From Chrysomallon squamiferum (Eukaryota; Animalia; Mollusca): a DNA stretch of 64,000 nt. The translations under genes and the position numbers were made by a program. The stretch spans positions 7,254,001 to 7,318,000 of the forward strand of contig CM022677.1 in assembly GCA_012295275.1 (NCBI GenBank), given 5' to 3'. Each line of letters begins with the position of its first letter. The first letter of the stretch is position 1. Under the pieces are notes generated by a model, which had not been told where the DNA came from, did not search any database, and saw only the letters and a program-made list of their open reading frames with translations. This document shows positions 28,132 to 42,329 of this stretch, in pieces.

Positions 28132-28827
28132 TTTTTATTTTATTGTTTATTTTAATTTTTTTCAGACCATTTCTTCAGACCTATATAAAACCTTGGTAAA
28201 TTCCGGGCAATAATAAGCAACTTATTGTAATGTGAGTTCTAAGTTTTGTGATTTTATTAACATCAATAAATTAAAAAGAAGAACGAAAGTAAGGGAAAAG
28301 AATAACAACACCGTTTATTTGAAACAAGAACCATATCGATTTAAAAGTAGTACGTATATTTTAATAACGGTTATTATGTTCCTTTATTTATTTTATTTGT
28401 TCTGAACTCTTTTTTTTATTTTTATATATTTTTTTATTTTAGTATTGTAGTTGCGGAAAAATGCCCGATGATTTACGGTCTTTTCGAATTTATGATTGGC
28501 TAATAATAAGATTAAAAAAAAAAAAAAAAAAAAAAAGGACCATATCGGTTTATAATTCGTACAATATATGTTAATAAAGGTTATTCTGTTCCTTTATTTA
28601 TTTTATTTGTTTTGTTGTTGCCCGCAAAATGGGGGATGACTGCCGGTCTTTAGGGATTTATTGTTTTATTTGATGTTCGAAGAATCTTACACAAAATTGC
28701 CACATGATGGATGGCAGCCATCTTATCCGAGAACAATAATTATTTATACACAAAAAGTAAACAATGTCGGAACTTTTGTAGATAATCAAATATAAATCTT
28801 GAAACTAAACGCATTCAGCTGTTATTC

Positions 28828-28881
<54 letters not shown>

Positions 28882-30669
28882 AATGGAGAATTGACATACA
28901 CGTTTATAGTTTCCTTTATACTCTGCCAAATTTCATATAAATGAATTAACAGTTACTTAAATTTGGAAATTAATAATTAAACTGTAAGGTACATCTGAGC
29001 AATTTAGTGCAATTAATTAACATTTGTTAATTTCTGCATCATGCTTAAAAATACTGTAGACCTTTAGAAATCGTCATTTTGATATAAAACACGTATATAC
29101 TGGTTTGAAACTGTATGAGATATTCAGTCTTCTGTTTGCCAAATAACTGAAATGAATCTCAGATTTTCCACAGATTATGAAGGAAATATACCAGCAAATT
29201 TTATTCAGATACAAATTTGTTACTTCCTTCATGTCAATATTTTTTTAATTTTTAAGAAAAAAATGTATTGTTATTATTATTATCCTTTTCTTTTTTATTA
29301 TTGTTGCTGTTGCCATTATGATGTTGTAAGTTATATAATTTAAATGAAAATTATGTTTTTGAAAATACTTTCATCTTGATAAATATAATTAAATAATAAA
29401 TTAAATGAAAAGCAAAATATGGCTGATTACTCTGTTGATTGATCAATAAAAATTCAGCAAAATTTCTCAAAAAAATTAAACTCGAGTCTTGTGACAAGAT
29501 TCTGCATCTTATTGTTTAATAATTCATTTTCGATTATCTGCCCTTGAAAACTATCCGAAAAGCAGACGACAAAACATTTGACAAGCTAAATTAGAAAAAA
29601 AAAAAAAAAAAAAGAATCACTTCAAGAAAGAAATATTACCTGTATATATATAAAGAAATAAACTCTTCGTGATTTCTAGGATCTACATTTATCTGCAAAA
29701 TTCATAAATAACAAATACCGCAAATAACAGCAGGAATCCAGCACCACACAAAACAAAATTATTATCATATGAGAGTAATCTCCCTTCAACTATAGTTTGT
29801 TTCTTTCTTCTGTTTTTGGGATCCTCGGTGTACGTCAATGCACACCACAGAACATCGCTGAAAACGAAACAACGTATAAAGCTGTATAAAGAGTAATAAA
29901 TGTGAATGTGTAGGTACGTTCTAGGAATAGCATATATCAATTTACATAATATAAACAATATGCCGTGTCTATTAATATGTGATAAATAACTAAAATATAA
30001 ATAATAAAAAATAAATACAGATTTATAAAGATTAAAATAATATAAAACTGGAATATTAACAAACGTTAAAGGTTAAATGTCAGGGAAAAATTGTCTGTCA
30101 CTGATGACTGTTTATTTCTTCTTTTTTTTTCATATTTCTCTCCAAATTTCTCTGTTGTGGCCTGCAAGTTTAACATTAATTGCAAAAGCTGATTTCGATA
30201 ACAGCAGCAAAAGACTTTTTTGTTTCTCATTTTAAGATAATCAGTGGTACGAAAGTTTGCTTGTATCGTCAGTCCATTCAGATTTTTTAATTCGTTTTCT
30301 CTCTGGTTTCATACAGTTGCATATAATAGTCACTACGTAGCTAAATCTTTCTGTTTACACAGTGAAGAACGTGAAAAACTAACAATAATATTGTTCATCT
30401 AGATGCACGTAGTAATTACAAGAAGTTTAGTGTCACTGTTAACCCTTCAAAGAAGCGCGATCATTTCATCTCATGCGGCAGTCTGATTGTGTTCAAATTG
30501 CCGTCATTCTTTAACAAATGAAAATATTTAGAAAACTGCGAGCCGTTGTTAACAATGCAATTACTATATAAACTTTTCTGTTGTTCTGAAATTTACACCC
30601 GGATTCATCCTTATTAGATTAGTTTTTGTTAATAATAGATTCCCGATAGAGTCCACTATATACAGTTAA

Positions 30670-30670
<1 letters not shown>

Positions 30671-30746
<76 letters not shown>
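30671..30746. repeat. (AAT)n microsatellite, representative of many simple repeats
   Basis: Similar (CA)n, (CT/GA)n, (TA)n, (ATT)n and (GTT)n tracts at e.g. 6751, 7503, 10306, 14636, 31020, 34851, 55180 and 62560. Confidence 0.95.
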
Positions 30747-30747
<1 letters not shown>

Positions 30748-31035
30748 TTCATTTATTCATCACGTAATCAATACAGTTTTATATTCGTACAACAAACCGG
30801 CCATCTGAAATGTTCGAGGATAATTTTTGCAATGTACAGCGAGTACTGACATTTATGCTAATTCTGTAAAATAAACATGAAATAGTAATATACTGAATCG
30901 CATCAATTTGGTGAATTTTATACATTTTCATTATACAATTTAATTAAATAAAACTATACAAAATATTACTTAAGAAGTCTATTTTATACGAATGTATTTT
31001 TATTTTACCTCAATGAAATAACAAGTAATAAGCGG

Positions 31036-31144
<109 letters not shown>

Positions 31145-31970
31145 TGCCAGTTTCTAATATACTTGTTTGTTGACGTCCTTTTTAACACAACAGATACTTG
31201 ATGACAATTTACATCTACAATGGACTGCTAATATATATATATATATATATGATTTAAGTTATTACAAGCAGTGTAAACCATTACTGACTAGTGATGATAA
31301 GAATTTGGGGTAGATATCAAAACAGACTTGTCGACGTTTGGCTGAAATAAGTAGCCAGTGTTAATACTTTGATCAAACACGTGTATACTGGTTTGACGTT
31401 TCCCTCTTTGTTGAAATAATGGTGAAATGTTTCACTAAAACTAAAAACTTGAACTACTTGAGGTTAAATTACAGACCTATGAAAAAAGAACAATTTAAAA
31501 AAAAAATAATATTATAAATATTCACATACATCATCTTTGATTATTTTGGGGTTTTATTTTTTGATAAATTAATTAATTAATTAAACACCCTTAAAAATAT
31601 TTAAAGTTAAACATTTACAGTTAAAACGATCTTTAATTTTCATCTCCAGAACAGAGAATTTAGCTATTATAACAGCTGTTACAATACAGCAAGCATATTT
31701 ATATCGGTTTGCCGTTGTATCTTTTACCTAAGACAGTGTAGCATTTGCATTTTCAAGCGACAAGAAGACGTAATCATTGTTTTTTGAACGAGACTAATCA
31801 TTTACACAAACAGGCATCTTTGAAAAATACTGCGGAATTAAGCAAGAAAGAAAGAAGAGATGAAAAAAAAAAAAAAAAAAAAGAAATCAATAACATGCAA
31901 AAAGAAATACTTTCAAGATATTTTTATTTATTTTTCTTTTTTTTTACAAACAACAAAGAAATCACTAAGA

Positions 31971-34790
31971 AGAGGCTGTACAAGCCAGTGTGTATTATGT
32001 TAGTGGTTGTGGTATGTACTATCCTGTCAAAGACTCTGTACAAGCCACTGAATTGTGTCTAGTATGTTAGAGGCTGTTATATGTAATATTATGTCAAAGA
32101 GTCTGTACAAGCCAGTAAATTGTGTCTAGTATGTTAGAGGCTGTGCTTTGGCGTCCCTGACAAAGAGTCTCAACTAGCCAGAGGATTGTGTCCAGTATGT
32201 TAGAGGCTGTGATATGTAGTATCCTGTGAAAGAGGCTGTAGAAGCCAGAGAATTGTGTCCAGTATGTTAGAGGCATCACATGTACTATCCTGTCAAAGAG
32301 TTAGGGTTAGAATCCAGTGAATTGTGTGTAGTATGTTTGAGGCTGTTTTATGTACTATCCTGTCAAAGCGTCTGTACAAGCCAGTGAATTGTGTCTTGTA
32401 TCTTAAGGGCTGTGGCACGTACTATCCTGTCAGAGTCTGAACAAGCCAGTGAATTGTGTATTGTATGTTAAAGGCTGTGGTATGTAGTACCCTGTCAAAG
32501 AGTCTGTACAAGCTAGTGAATTTTGTCTAGTATGTTAGAGGCTGTGGTATGTACTATCCTGTCAAAGAGGGTACAAGAGAGTGAATTGAGTGTAGTATGT
32601 TAGAGGCTGTTGTATGTGCTATCCTGTTAAAGAGTCTGTACAAGCCAGTGAATTGTGTCTAGTATGTTAGAGGCAGTGGTATGTACTATCCTGTCAAAGA
32701 GTCTGTAGAAACCAGTGAATTGTGTGTATTATGTTAGTGGTTGTTGTATGTGCTATCCTGTCAAAGACTCTGTACAAGCCATTGAATTGTGTGTAGTATG
32801 TTAGAGGCTGTTATATGTACTATCCTGTCAAAGTGTCTGTACAAGCCAGTGAATTGTGTCTAGTATCTTAAGGGCTGTGGCACGTACTATGCTGTCAGAG
32901 TCTGAACAAGCCAGTGAATTGTGTCTTGTATGTTAAAGGCTGTGGTATGTAGTATCTTGTCAAAGAGTCTGTACAAGCTAGTGAATTTTGTCTAGTATGT
33001 TAGAGGCTGTGGTATGTACTATCCTGTCAAAGAGTCTGTACAAGCCAGAGAATTGTGTCTAGTATGTCAGAGGTTTTGATATGTACTATCCTGGCAAAGA
33101 GTGTACAAACCAGTGCATTTTGTCTAGTATGTTAGAGGCTGTGGTATGTACTATCCTGTCAAAGCGTCTGTAGAAGCCAGTGAATTGTGTCTAGTATGTT
33201 AGAGGCAGTGGTTTTTGCTATCCTGTCAGTCTGTACAAGCCAGTGAATTGTGTCTAGTATCTTAAGGGCTGTGGCACGTACTATCCTATCCGAGTCTGAA
33301 CAAGCCTGTGAATTGTATATTGTATGTTAAAGGCTGTGGTATGTAGTATCCTGTCAAAGAGTCTGTACAAGCTAGTGAATTTTGTCTAGTATGTTAGAGG
33401 CTGTGGTATGTACTATCCTGTCAAAGAGGGTACAAGACAGTGAATTGTGTAGTATGTTAGAGGCTGTTGTATGTGCTATCCTGTTAAAGAGTCTGTACAA
33501 ACCACTGAATTGTGCCTAGTATGTTAGAGGCTGTGGTATGTACTATCCTGTCAAAGAGTCTGTACAAGCCAGTGAATTGTGTCTAGTATGTTAGAGGCTG
33601 TTATATGTACTATCCTGGGAAAGTATGTAGAAGCCAGTGAATTGTGTCAAGTATGTTAGAGGCTTTGATCTGTCGTCCCTGTCAAAGAGTCTGTCCAAGC
33701 CAGTGAATAATGTCTAATATCTTAGACGCTGTGGTATATACTATCCTGTCAAAGAGTCTGTACAAGCCAGTGAATTGTGTCTAGTATGTTAGAGGCTATG
33801 GTTTGTCGTGCCTGTCAGAGACTCAATTTGTTTCATTCATAGCACTATATCTAGTAATATTAGTTTCTGTGGTATGTGCGACCCTGTAGTAACGATATCT
33901 TTTCATCTAGTGTAGTGTATGATGCTTAATATATTAGATACTCTGGTATGTGCTATCCTGACAAAGAGACTGTACAAGCTATTGAATTTTGTCTGGTATT
34001 TTAGAGGCAGTGGTTTGTACTATCGTATCAAATAGTCTGTACAAGCCAGTGAATTGTGTCTAGTATGTTAAAGGCAGTGGTACGTACTATCCTGTCAAAG
34101 AGTCTGTACAAGCCAGTGAATTGTGTCTAGTATCTTAAGGGCTGTGGTACGTACTATGCTGTCAGAGTCTGAAGAAGCTAGTGAATTTTGTCTAGTATGT
34201 TAGAGGCTGTGGTATGTACTATCCTGTCAAAGAGTCTGTACAAGCCAGAGAATTGTGTCTAGTATGTCAGAGGTTTTGATATGTACTATCCTGGCAAAGA
34301 GTGTACAAATCAGTGCATTTTGTCTAGTATGTTAGAGCTGTGGTATGTACTATCCTGTCAGTCTGTACTATCTAGTGAATTGTGTCTAGTATGTTAGAGG
34401 CAGTGGTTTTTACTATCCTGTCAGTCTGTACTATCCAGTGAATTGTGTCTAGTATGTTAGAGGCAGTGGTTTTTACTATCCTGTCAAAGAGTCTGTAGAA
34501 TCCTGTGAATTGTGTCTAGTATGTTTGAGGCTGTTGTATGTACCATCCTGTGAAACGAGTCTGTCCAAGCCAGTGAATTGTGTCTGGTATCTTAGAGGTT
34601 GTGGTACGTATTGTCCTGTCAAAGTCTGTCCAAGCCAGTGAATTGTGTCTAGTATGTTAGAGGCTGTGGTATGTACTATCCTTTCAAAGAGTCTGTACTA
34701 TCCAGTGAATTGTGTCTAGTATCTTAGGGACTGTGGCATGTACTATCCTGTCAAAGAGTCTGTGAATTGTGTCTAGTATCTTAGAGGTTG
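31971..34790. repeat. 67-bp satellite array, ~42 units
   Basis: Consensus ctgtacaagccagtgaattgtgtctagtatgttagaggctgtggtatgtactatcctgtcaaagagt, with a diverged patch at ~33825-33940. Confidence 0.95.
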
Positions 34791-34846
34791 TATGTAGTTT
34801 GTTTGTGTGTGAGTGTGTGTGTGTGTTTGTGTGAGAGATAGAGATT

Positions 34847-34950
<104 letters not shown>

Positions 34951-35780
34951 GGACAGGCATATACATAGAAGCATTATATAGATAGACAATCAGACAGAGC
35001 GACATAGATTGAAATATTGAAACTTGGAGAGCAGGTAGAGACAAAGACACACACACACACACATACACACACATTGACTGCAGCAGGCACATATAGATGT
35101 AGAGATGAATAAACTGATGGATAGATAAACAGAACTGACAATGAGATGTGTACAGGATGGTGTGCTGTGTTATGTTGAGAGAGAAAGGATGATAGAAATA
35201 TGTACAAATGTATAACTGAGAGATTCTGATGTAGACAGGCAGGATTATAGAAAGAGATTTTTACTGGACTTTGAAACTAGATTTAAAAAAATGTATTTAA
35301 AAATGACAGTAAATTTAGGAATAAATGATGGCTGCATGGATACCGAAATATTTTTAATATTTTGATATACAGAATGGTAAAAAGAAATTACATTGAAAGA
35401 CTGAGTATATTGAAAAATATATTTAGTATTCTTAGCTTATAGGAATTATTTTACTATTAATATGTCATTGATAATCCAAACAAACAGCTTTCTGTCCACT
35501 GCTCTATCCCTATGTTCATTCATAATAATGTTATTGCCAGAATGTCCAAATTGTGTCTCTCTACCAATGAATTTACTTGCCTGCCAGTATGTCTATCTAT
35601 CTTCAGTCATCTATCTATAAAATATACATATACCAATATAAACACTGTAATCCACTTACTCATGTACAAAAACCCATCCTCACTCTCTAACACATGAACT
35701 TACTAACACTTTATTACACATAAACATATGCCTATCAGCTTAGCTCTCTATATATCTCTGTATCTGTCTGTATAATTATA

Positions 35781-36157
35781 TACACATCTCTCTGTATGTC
35801 TGGCTCTGTGTCTGACAGTCTATCTCACTAATTATATACCCTTCTCATTATACTCATCTCTCTGTATGTCTGGCTCTGTGTCTGTCAGTCTATCTCACTA
35901 ATTATATACTCTTCTCATTATACACATCTCTCTGTATGTCTGGCTCTGTGTCTGTCAGTCTATCTCACTAATTATATATCCTTCTCATTATACACATCTC
36001 TCTGTATGTCTGACTCTGTGTCTGTCAGTCTATCTCACTAATTATATATCCTTCTCATTATATACATCTCTCTGTATGTCTGACTCTGTGTCTGTCAGTC
36101 TATCTCACTAATTATATATCCTTCTCATTATATACATCTCTCTGTATGTCTGACTCT
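35781..36157. repeat. 70-bp minisatellite, ~5.4 units
   Basis: ta(c/t)acatctctctgtatgtctg.ctctgtgtctgtcagtctatctcactaattatata.ccttctcatta, starting at 35781, 35851, 35921, 35991, 36061 and 36131. Confidence 0.95.
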
Positions 36158-36866
36158 CAGAAATACATGCACACTCTTGAACACACATTATGCATATATA
36201 CCCATTTTCTTAGAATATTTATTTGTCAAAATAGACTATATTTCTGTTCTTATTATCATTACCTTTTAATTTATTTTATAATGTTTTTTAAATCTTTTTT
36301 TTTATTAAATATTTACACTTTTTAAAATGTAAATATTTGTCATTTATTTTAAAGAGTAATTAGTGATATTTAGAGGTTGTTAAATGTACAAATAGTAAGA
36401 GTATGTGAAATACTGATTTGTCTTCACAGACATTTTATAAAGTACTCACACAACACTCTATGCTGTCACACAATATATTTTATATATGAATATATCATCC
36501 TGTAATTAACCACATTTCTGCTCATCCAACTACACGTGCTTCTATTCATTTATTCTTTCATTCGTCCAGCATTTGTCACATTCAGTGAGTTATTCTATTT
36601 GGATATTATGTGAATGTATCATCCCTCCCTATCTCTAACCAGGCTAACCTTTTTACTTCATCCATTTATATCTCTTATTCATCATCCATCCATCTTTCAA
36701 TCCTATACTTCCACATGTATACATTAAGTTTAGCTTATTTGGAAAAATGGCATTCCATAGCAGTGATAAATCTCTATTCCTCTTTCAGCAATAAAAATAG
36801 AATAACTATGAACACAACAAATATAAAAAAAGTGCAAGCTGCTATGAAGTACACTGGATGTTCTGA

Positions 36867-37937
36867 TCACATTGACAATGCAGTCTCTTGGAGATCAGTG
36901 AGTTTTTGAAATTCAAATTAAATTTCAGACATATTTTCTCTTGAAAGTGTTGAGCTTTCTCTGGACAGGGAAGACTGTGATGTAATAGCATTCTGGTGAT
37001 CTAGTGAACCTTTTCTGAAAATGGATCTTACAACATTTTCAACTGAAGTGCTGGCTGAGGCAGCTTGAATCTGTTGTCTAGGATCCTACAACAAAATATG
37101 ATATTCATTAATAAACTAATCATAAAATAAAGTGCAAGTAGTATTTTTGTTGTCAGCTCTAACTGCATTTCACTGTCTTAGCAAGAAGAGTTTTATTTTT
37201 TCCACAAAATATTAATAATAAAAATTATTTATTAAATATTTTTATATTCTTAATTTCAATCAGTTTAATATTATTTTTTAACTTTGATATAAAAGGATTA
37301 AGATAGCAATACATCAGTAAAAGAGATTACAAAAATATGTTTTAATATATTTGAATAATTCTGTAAGTTGATACAATTTGTTATTTACACTGTGCTTAAG
37401 TCCAGTTTAAGAATATTAAGTAAATAAACATTTTAAACTATAGTATTACATTACACAATACGGATTCTACTTGAAATACTAACATACTAACAAATGATTT
37501 AATTAGTTAAAATATTTAATTATAACATTCTTTCCTTCCACTTGTTGCAAAGTGTTCTGGCCAAATCATTCTGTAATGTCATTCTGTCATTGTCTTTCTA
37601 GTTGTGAGAGTCCAGTGTTTAGTCAGAGCAGTTTTATCAGATAATCCATTACTAGACAGATCTAGTTCTGTGAGTCCAGTGTTTAGTTTATGAGAGCAGT
37701 TTTATCAGATAATCCATTACTAGACAGATCTAGTTCTGTGAGTCCAGTGTTTAGTGAGAGCAGTTTTATCAGATAATCCATTACTAGACAGATCTAGTTC
37801 TGTGAGTCCAGTGTTTAGTGAGAGCAGTTTTATCAGATAATCCATTACTAGACAGATCTAGTTCTGTGAGTCCATGTTTTCTACTAGAGTCGATGAGAGA
37901 AGTTTCAAATCAGTGGAGCCTACACATAGCCTGAAAA

Positions 37938-37968
<31 letters not shown>

Positions 37969-39780
37969 AGGTAATATCACAGTAGATATCAGTGGCTCTG
38001 AAATTATAGAGAAATTATTATGAAAAGTAAAATAGTGGCAGATAAAGAAAAGTTAATAAAATGACATGATTAAAATAATAATAAGAATAAAACTGAGAGT
38101 TTTCAGTGTTGTGTTTTCTTTAAGAGCTGAACTGACACAATGAGAGAAATAATCATTTCCTAAAGAATTACTTGACACATCCAAATATTCCTGTGTACCA
38201 ACAATATTTTGACTACACAGTGCTAGAAACAGAACACTCAAGTTGTGTGTATTAGCAGTAAAAACTGTTAATACAAATTGTTAACACTTAGTTACTTGTT
38301 ATTATTAAAATATAGTTAGTAGAAGAAATCATAATGTTTTAACAGTAAAAATAATATCAACAGCAGTTGTAGTAATACCAGTAGTAGAACTAGTAGCAGC
38401 AGTAGCAGTAGCAGTTGTAGTAGTAGTAGTAGTAGTTGTAGTAGTAACAGCAGCAGCAGAATTTGTAGTTATAGTATTAGTGTTAATAGTACCAGGAGTA
38501 GTAATAGTTGTAATATTAATAATAGAGTAGTAATAATGGTAATAGTTGTAGTATTAGTGGTGATCATACTAGTTGTAGTAATAGTGGTAATAGTTTGTAG
38601 TATTAGTAAAGCAGTACTAGTTGTAGGAAGATCACTGTTGTGTTAGAACACATTGCCAAACACACAGCTCGTAAAGTCTCAGTTCCAGAACTGTTTCCTG
38701 ATAAATTTAAAACCTAGTTAAAAAAATAATGAAAATACAGCACACTAAATTATTCAGTAGGTTGTAATTTTACATAAAATAATGAAAAGGTTGATAATAA
38801 TTAACATGAATATTATGTAATTCAGTATGATTAAAGTTTAAATAAATTAAAAATAATAAGAAAATAAATAAATGATAGATAGATACATACATCAAATAGA
38901 TAGACACAAGATAGGCAGAAAGATTTATAATTAAATAAAAATAAATAAACTAAAAATAATCAACTTTCTACTAAAACTTGTTTTAAGAGCATTTTTATAA
39001 ATTAAAACTATAAATAAATTTAAAATTATTTAAATTACTGATTCTAAAGCTATTTATGTTCAGAACTATCAAAAGAGAACTTACAGAAAAATAATATTTT
39101 CTTTCTTTGTCATACTTCAAAATATTACAACTTTCAAAATAATTTTTAAAAAACATAAAGAAAAGAAAGGAAGAAAAAAGAAAGAAAACTAAAAACATGA
39201 TAATTAGGAACAAATAAAAATGATATATAAAGATAGAGACAGAAAAACAGATAAGTATATTGTAAGTAGAGACATAGTAAGAAAGATAAACATATTTATC
39301 TGAACATTTTCTAGGAAAGAAATACAGACAAACAGAAAAGCAGAGATAGAAATAAAATAAATAAATAGGGAGGTAGCCAGAAAGAGAAACAGACAGATAG
39401 ACTAAGACATATTTACAGACATAATTACCTGAATATTTTTCAAAGATTTTTAAATCTGACTAAGTGATTGAGTTGTAAAGCTTGTGGCAGTTTGAGCTTA
39501 GTCTGGCTGCTTTCAAAAAAAATTCCAGTTTCACAAGAATATTAATCAGTTGAATCACATGATCAAACATTTTCTGTTCCCTTTCTTTCTTAGACATTAT
39601 TTTTTTACCAAAATACCTCTGGCAATGGGTGGTGGTGTTTGTGGTTTCTTTTCTAGTGTGCCTGGATCTTTCTTGGCACACGCGTTTGAGTTTTTAGTGG
39701 TTGGTGTGGTGATGTCAGTTTGTCTCAGTCTAATGGTGGTACTGGTGATACTGGTGCCAACTGCTGTTTCTTTTTCAGTT
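36867..39780 (-). pseudogene. Decayed exons of an RI-like (NLRC3/LRRC-type) leucine-rich-repeat region
   Basis: Exons ~39429-39780 (Thr/Pro-rich, stops), 38618-38713 (VLNLSGNSSGTETLRAVCLAMCSNTTVIFLQL), ~38094-38275 (YLDVSSNSLGN...SALKENTTLKTL), ~37530-37930 (NTGLTELDLSSNGLSD) and terminal 36867-37085. Several stops and frameshifts. Confidence 0.7.
37608..37873 (-). repeat. 64-bp tandem repeat (4 units) derived from an LRR-coding segment
   Basis: Units start at 37608, 37672 (+4-nt insertion), 37740 and 37804. The minus strand of a unit reads NTGLTELDLSSNGLSDKTALT. Confidence 0.9.
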
Positions 39781-40271
39781 CTGTGGAAATAGAAAAATAG
39801 AAAGAAAAAAATGATATATATATAAACAAAGAGGGCAGACCTTGAAATTAAAAGAAAACATTAAGTGAATATAAATACAAATACCTATCCAAATCATTGG
39901 TAACTATTTAAAATAGACTAATAGTAACAAACAAGTTATCAGAATAATACTGGTTCTAAAAAAAAAAAAATCACTAATAATAATACTTTTCAGAAAACAA
40001 AATATATTGACAATACAAGTTTTCACTTCATTATTGTTTGGGTTTGTTCGGCAAACACTAGAAATACGACATCATCAATGAAAACAGGTTTTGAATAAGG
40101 AAGACAGAACATCTACACTAGTATCAAATATCAATTTTCTGAGATATTACTAGGTCACTTGTTTTATTAAAACATTAAAAAAAATGTCTGCTCCCCACTG
40201 AATAAAAAGAAACATGAAGAAAAAATATAATAATAAAAAGAATTATAACTAGCTTGTAAAAAAAAAAATAC

Positions 40272-40350
<79 letters not shown>

Positions 40351-40648
40351 GATAATTTGAATTATTAGAATGTAGAAAAATAACCAGAAAGATGGAGATG
40401 CAGTTAAGAGATTGAAAAATTGATACATAAATAAATAAATAAATAAATAAACAAATAAATCAATATTATAGTTAAAATTATAATAATAATAATATAAATA
40501 CATACATATACAGACATACAATTATAATAAAAAATAAGAATTCTAATTCTTTAAATAAAATGAGCAGGAGAGCAAAATTAAAAGAACAAAACAAAAGAAA
40601 TTAAAATGATAAAAGAAAGACAACTCAAGAACTAAAAGAAATAGTATA

Positions 40649-41242
40649 CCGTATATACTTGTGTACAAGGCGACCTTATGTATAAGTCGATGTGTATTTT
40701 AAGACCAAAAATTGCGTCATATTAGGTATTAGGTATTACTTGTGTATAAGTTGACTGTAGACTCCAGGCACCATCACTATTTTTAGACCAGTGTGACAGT
40801 GCCATGAAGGCCTACATTGTACGCCTACTGTAACATAACTTGCACGAGCTGTAACTTGCATGAACATACCATAATAACGTAAATGCATGTATTACATGAG
40901 CTATAGCCTAAATCATTGCAAGACGCCGTAAGGCATAACGCCGTACTGACGGTTTTCTCGCTTTAAAATGTATTTTTATGTCATTAAACGGAAGAATATC
41001 ATGTTTTACATTCATATTTGTGTTTTGTTACTTAATTTTTCAAAACATTTTATACGATAAAATTATATTTTTGAAAAGCTGAAAGACCGCAATTATTTTA
41101 GATGCATCCCGTAGCAAAAAATAGTCAAAATGGCGACTCTTCAGCAACAGCTACAAAAGCATTACCTATGTATAAGTCGGCCCCCAAAATATTACCTTAA
41201 TATAGTCTCCCAAAAATTAGACTTATACACAAGTATATACGT
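40649..41242. mobile_element. pogo-type (CCGTA-terminated) non-autonomous element / MITE
   Basis: TA|CCGTATATACTTGTGTACAAG ... CTTATACACAAGTATATACGT|TA TIRs with a TA target duplication and internal tgtataagt(c/t)g sub-repeats. Confidence 0.8.
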
Positions 41243-42329
41243 TAACTTAAGTAATGTAAGGAAAAAATAAATAAATAACAAATAATGGTAACATATGCAG
41301 AAACTAGGCAATGAAGAATAAGAAACAAAAAGAATGAAGAAGAAAATTAAAAAGAATAAGAATGGTCAGTAGTTCAAAAACAAAAACAAAAAAAATTATA
41401 ATAAACAAAAATAAATAAATAAACAATAAAATTCATTAAAATAAAAATTACGAATTTAAAATATGAAAACAGAAAAAGAAAGAATAATAAGAAGTATGAA
41501 CAGAAACTGGGAGACTGAAAAATAATAAGTAAACTGTATATTACAAAACTCTTGCTTATCATTAAAATAACTGAAAATAAATACAGACAAGAGGAACAGT
41601 CAAGAAGAAAAAGAAGATTTTGAAGAAATTCTAATGTAGAAAAATAACAAGAAACAATAATCATGGTAAATAGGTTAAAAAAATAAACAATCAAATAACT
41701 TTAATGAAAACACAAAAATGAAAACAAATAAAAACAAATGAAGAAATATGAATAACACAGGAATAAGCAGGAACTAGAAGAATAAAAGACAAGAAGAAAA
41801 ACACACACACACACACACACACACACAGAGATATTTAAAATACATAAAACAAATAAATTAAGTAAATAAATTATAGAAAAAGATAGAAAGATAATAAAAT
41901 GTCGTAAAATAAAATATTACTGAAATAGTAACAAGATAAAGAAATAATACAAATTACAGTCCAAATGAAAAGAATTTTGAAATAAAAAAGAAAGATAAAT
42001 TAAATGTTGATGATGATTATTATTATTATTGGTAGTAGTATTGTGGTAGTAGTAGTATCAATACTAAATTTAAATAACAACAACAATAATAATAATAATG
42101 CTGATGATGATAATAATAATAATAATTATAAATTATTAGAAACAAAATGATACTGAAATATAGATGAGGTAATCTGCGTTCTTCTTTATGTTTGATAACA
42201 ACAACAATGTAAACAAATATAATTTTAGATCATCAGTAGTCAAATATAAAAGAATTGTATTTAGCATGGACCAACATGAACGATAATAATATCTGAAAAA
42301 AAAAGAGAAATATATACGAATTTGAGTTC

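Noticed and set aside
31971-34790. Repeat-protein gene or CRISPR array
   Set aside because: The 67-bp unit is not a multiple of 3, has frequent stops and has no spacers.
39550-39792. Hydrophobic 80-aa + strand ORF as a membrane protein
   Set aside because: Antisense of a Thr/Pro/Lys-rich minus-strand exon that has proper splice sites.
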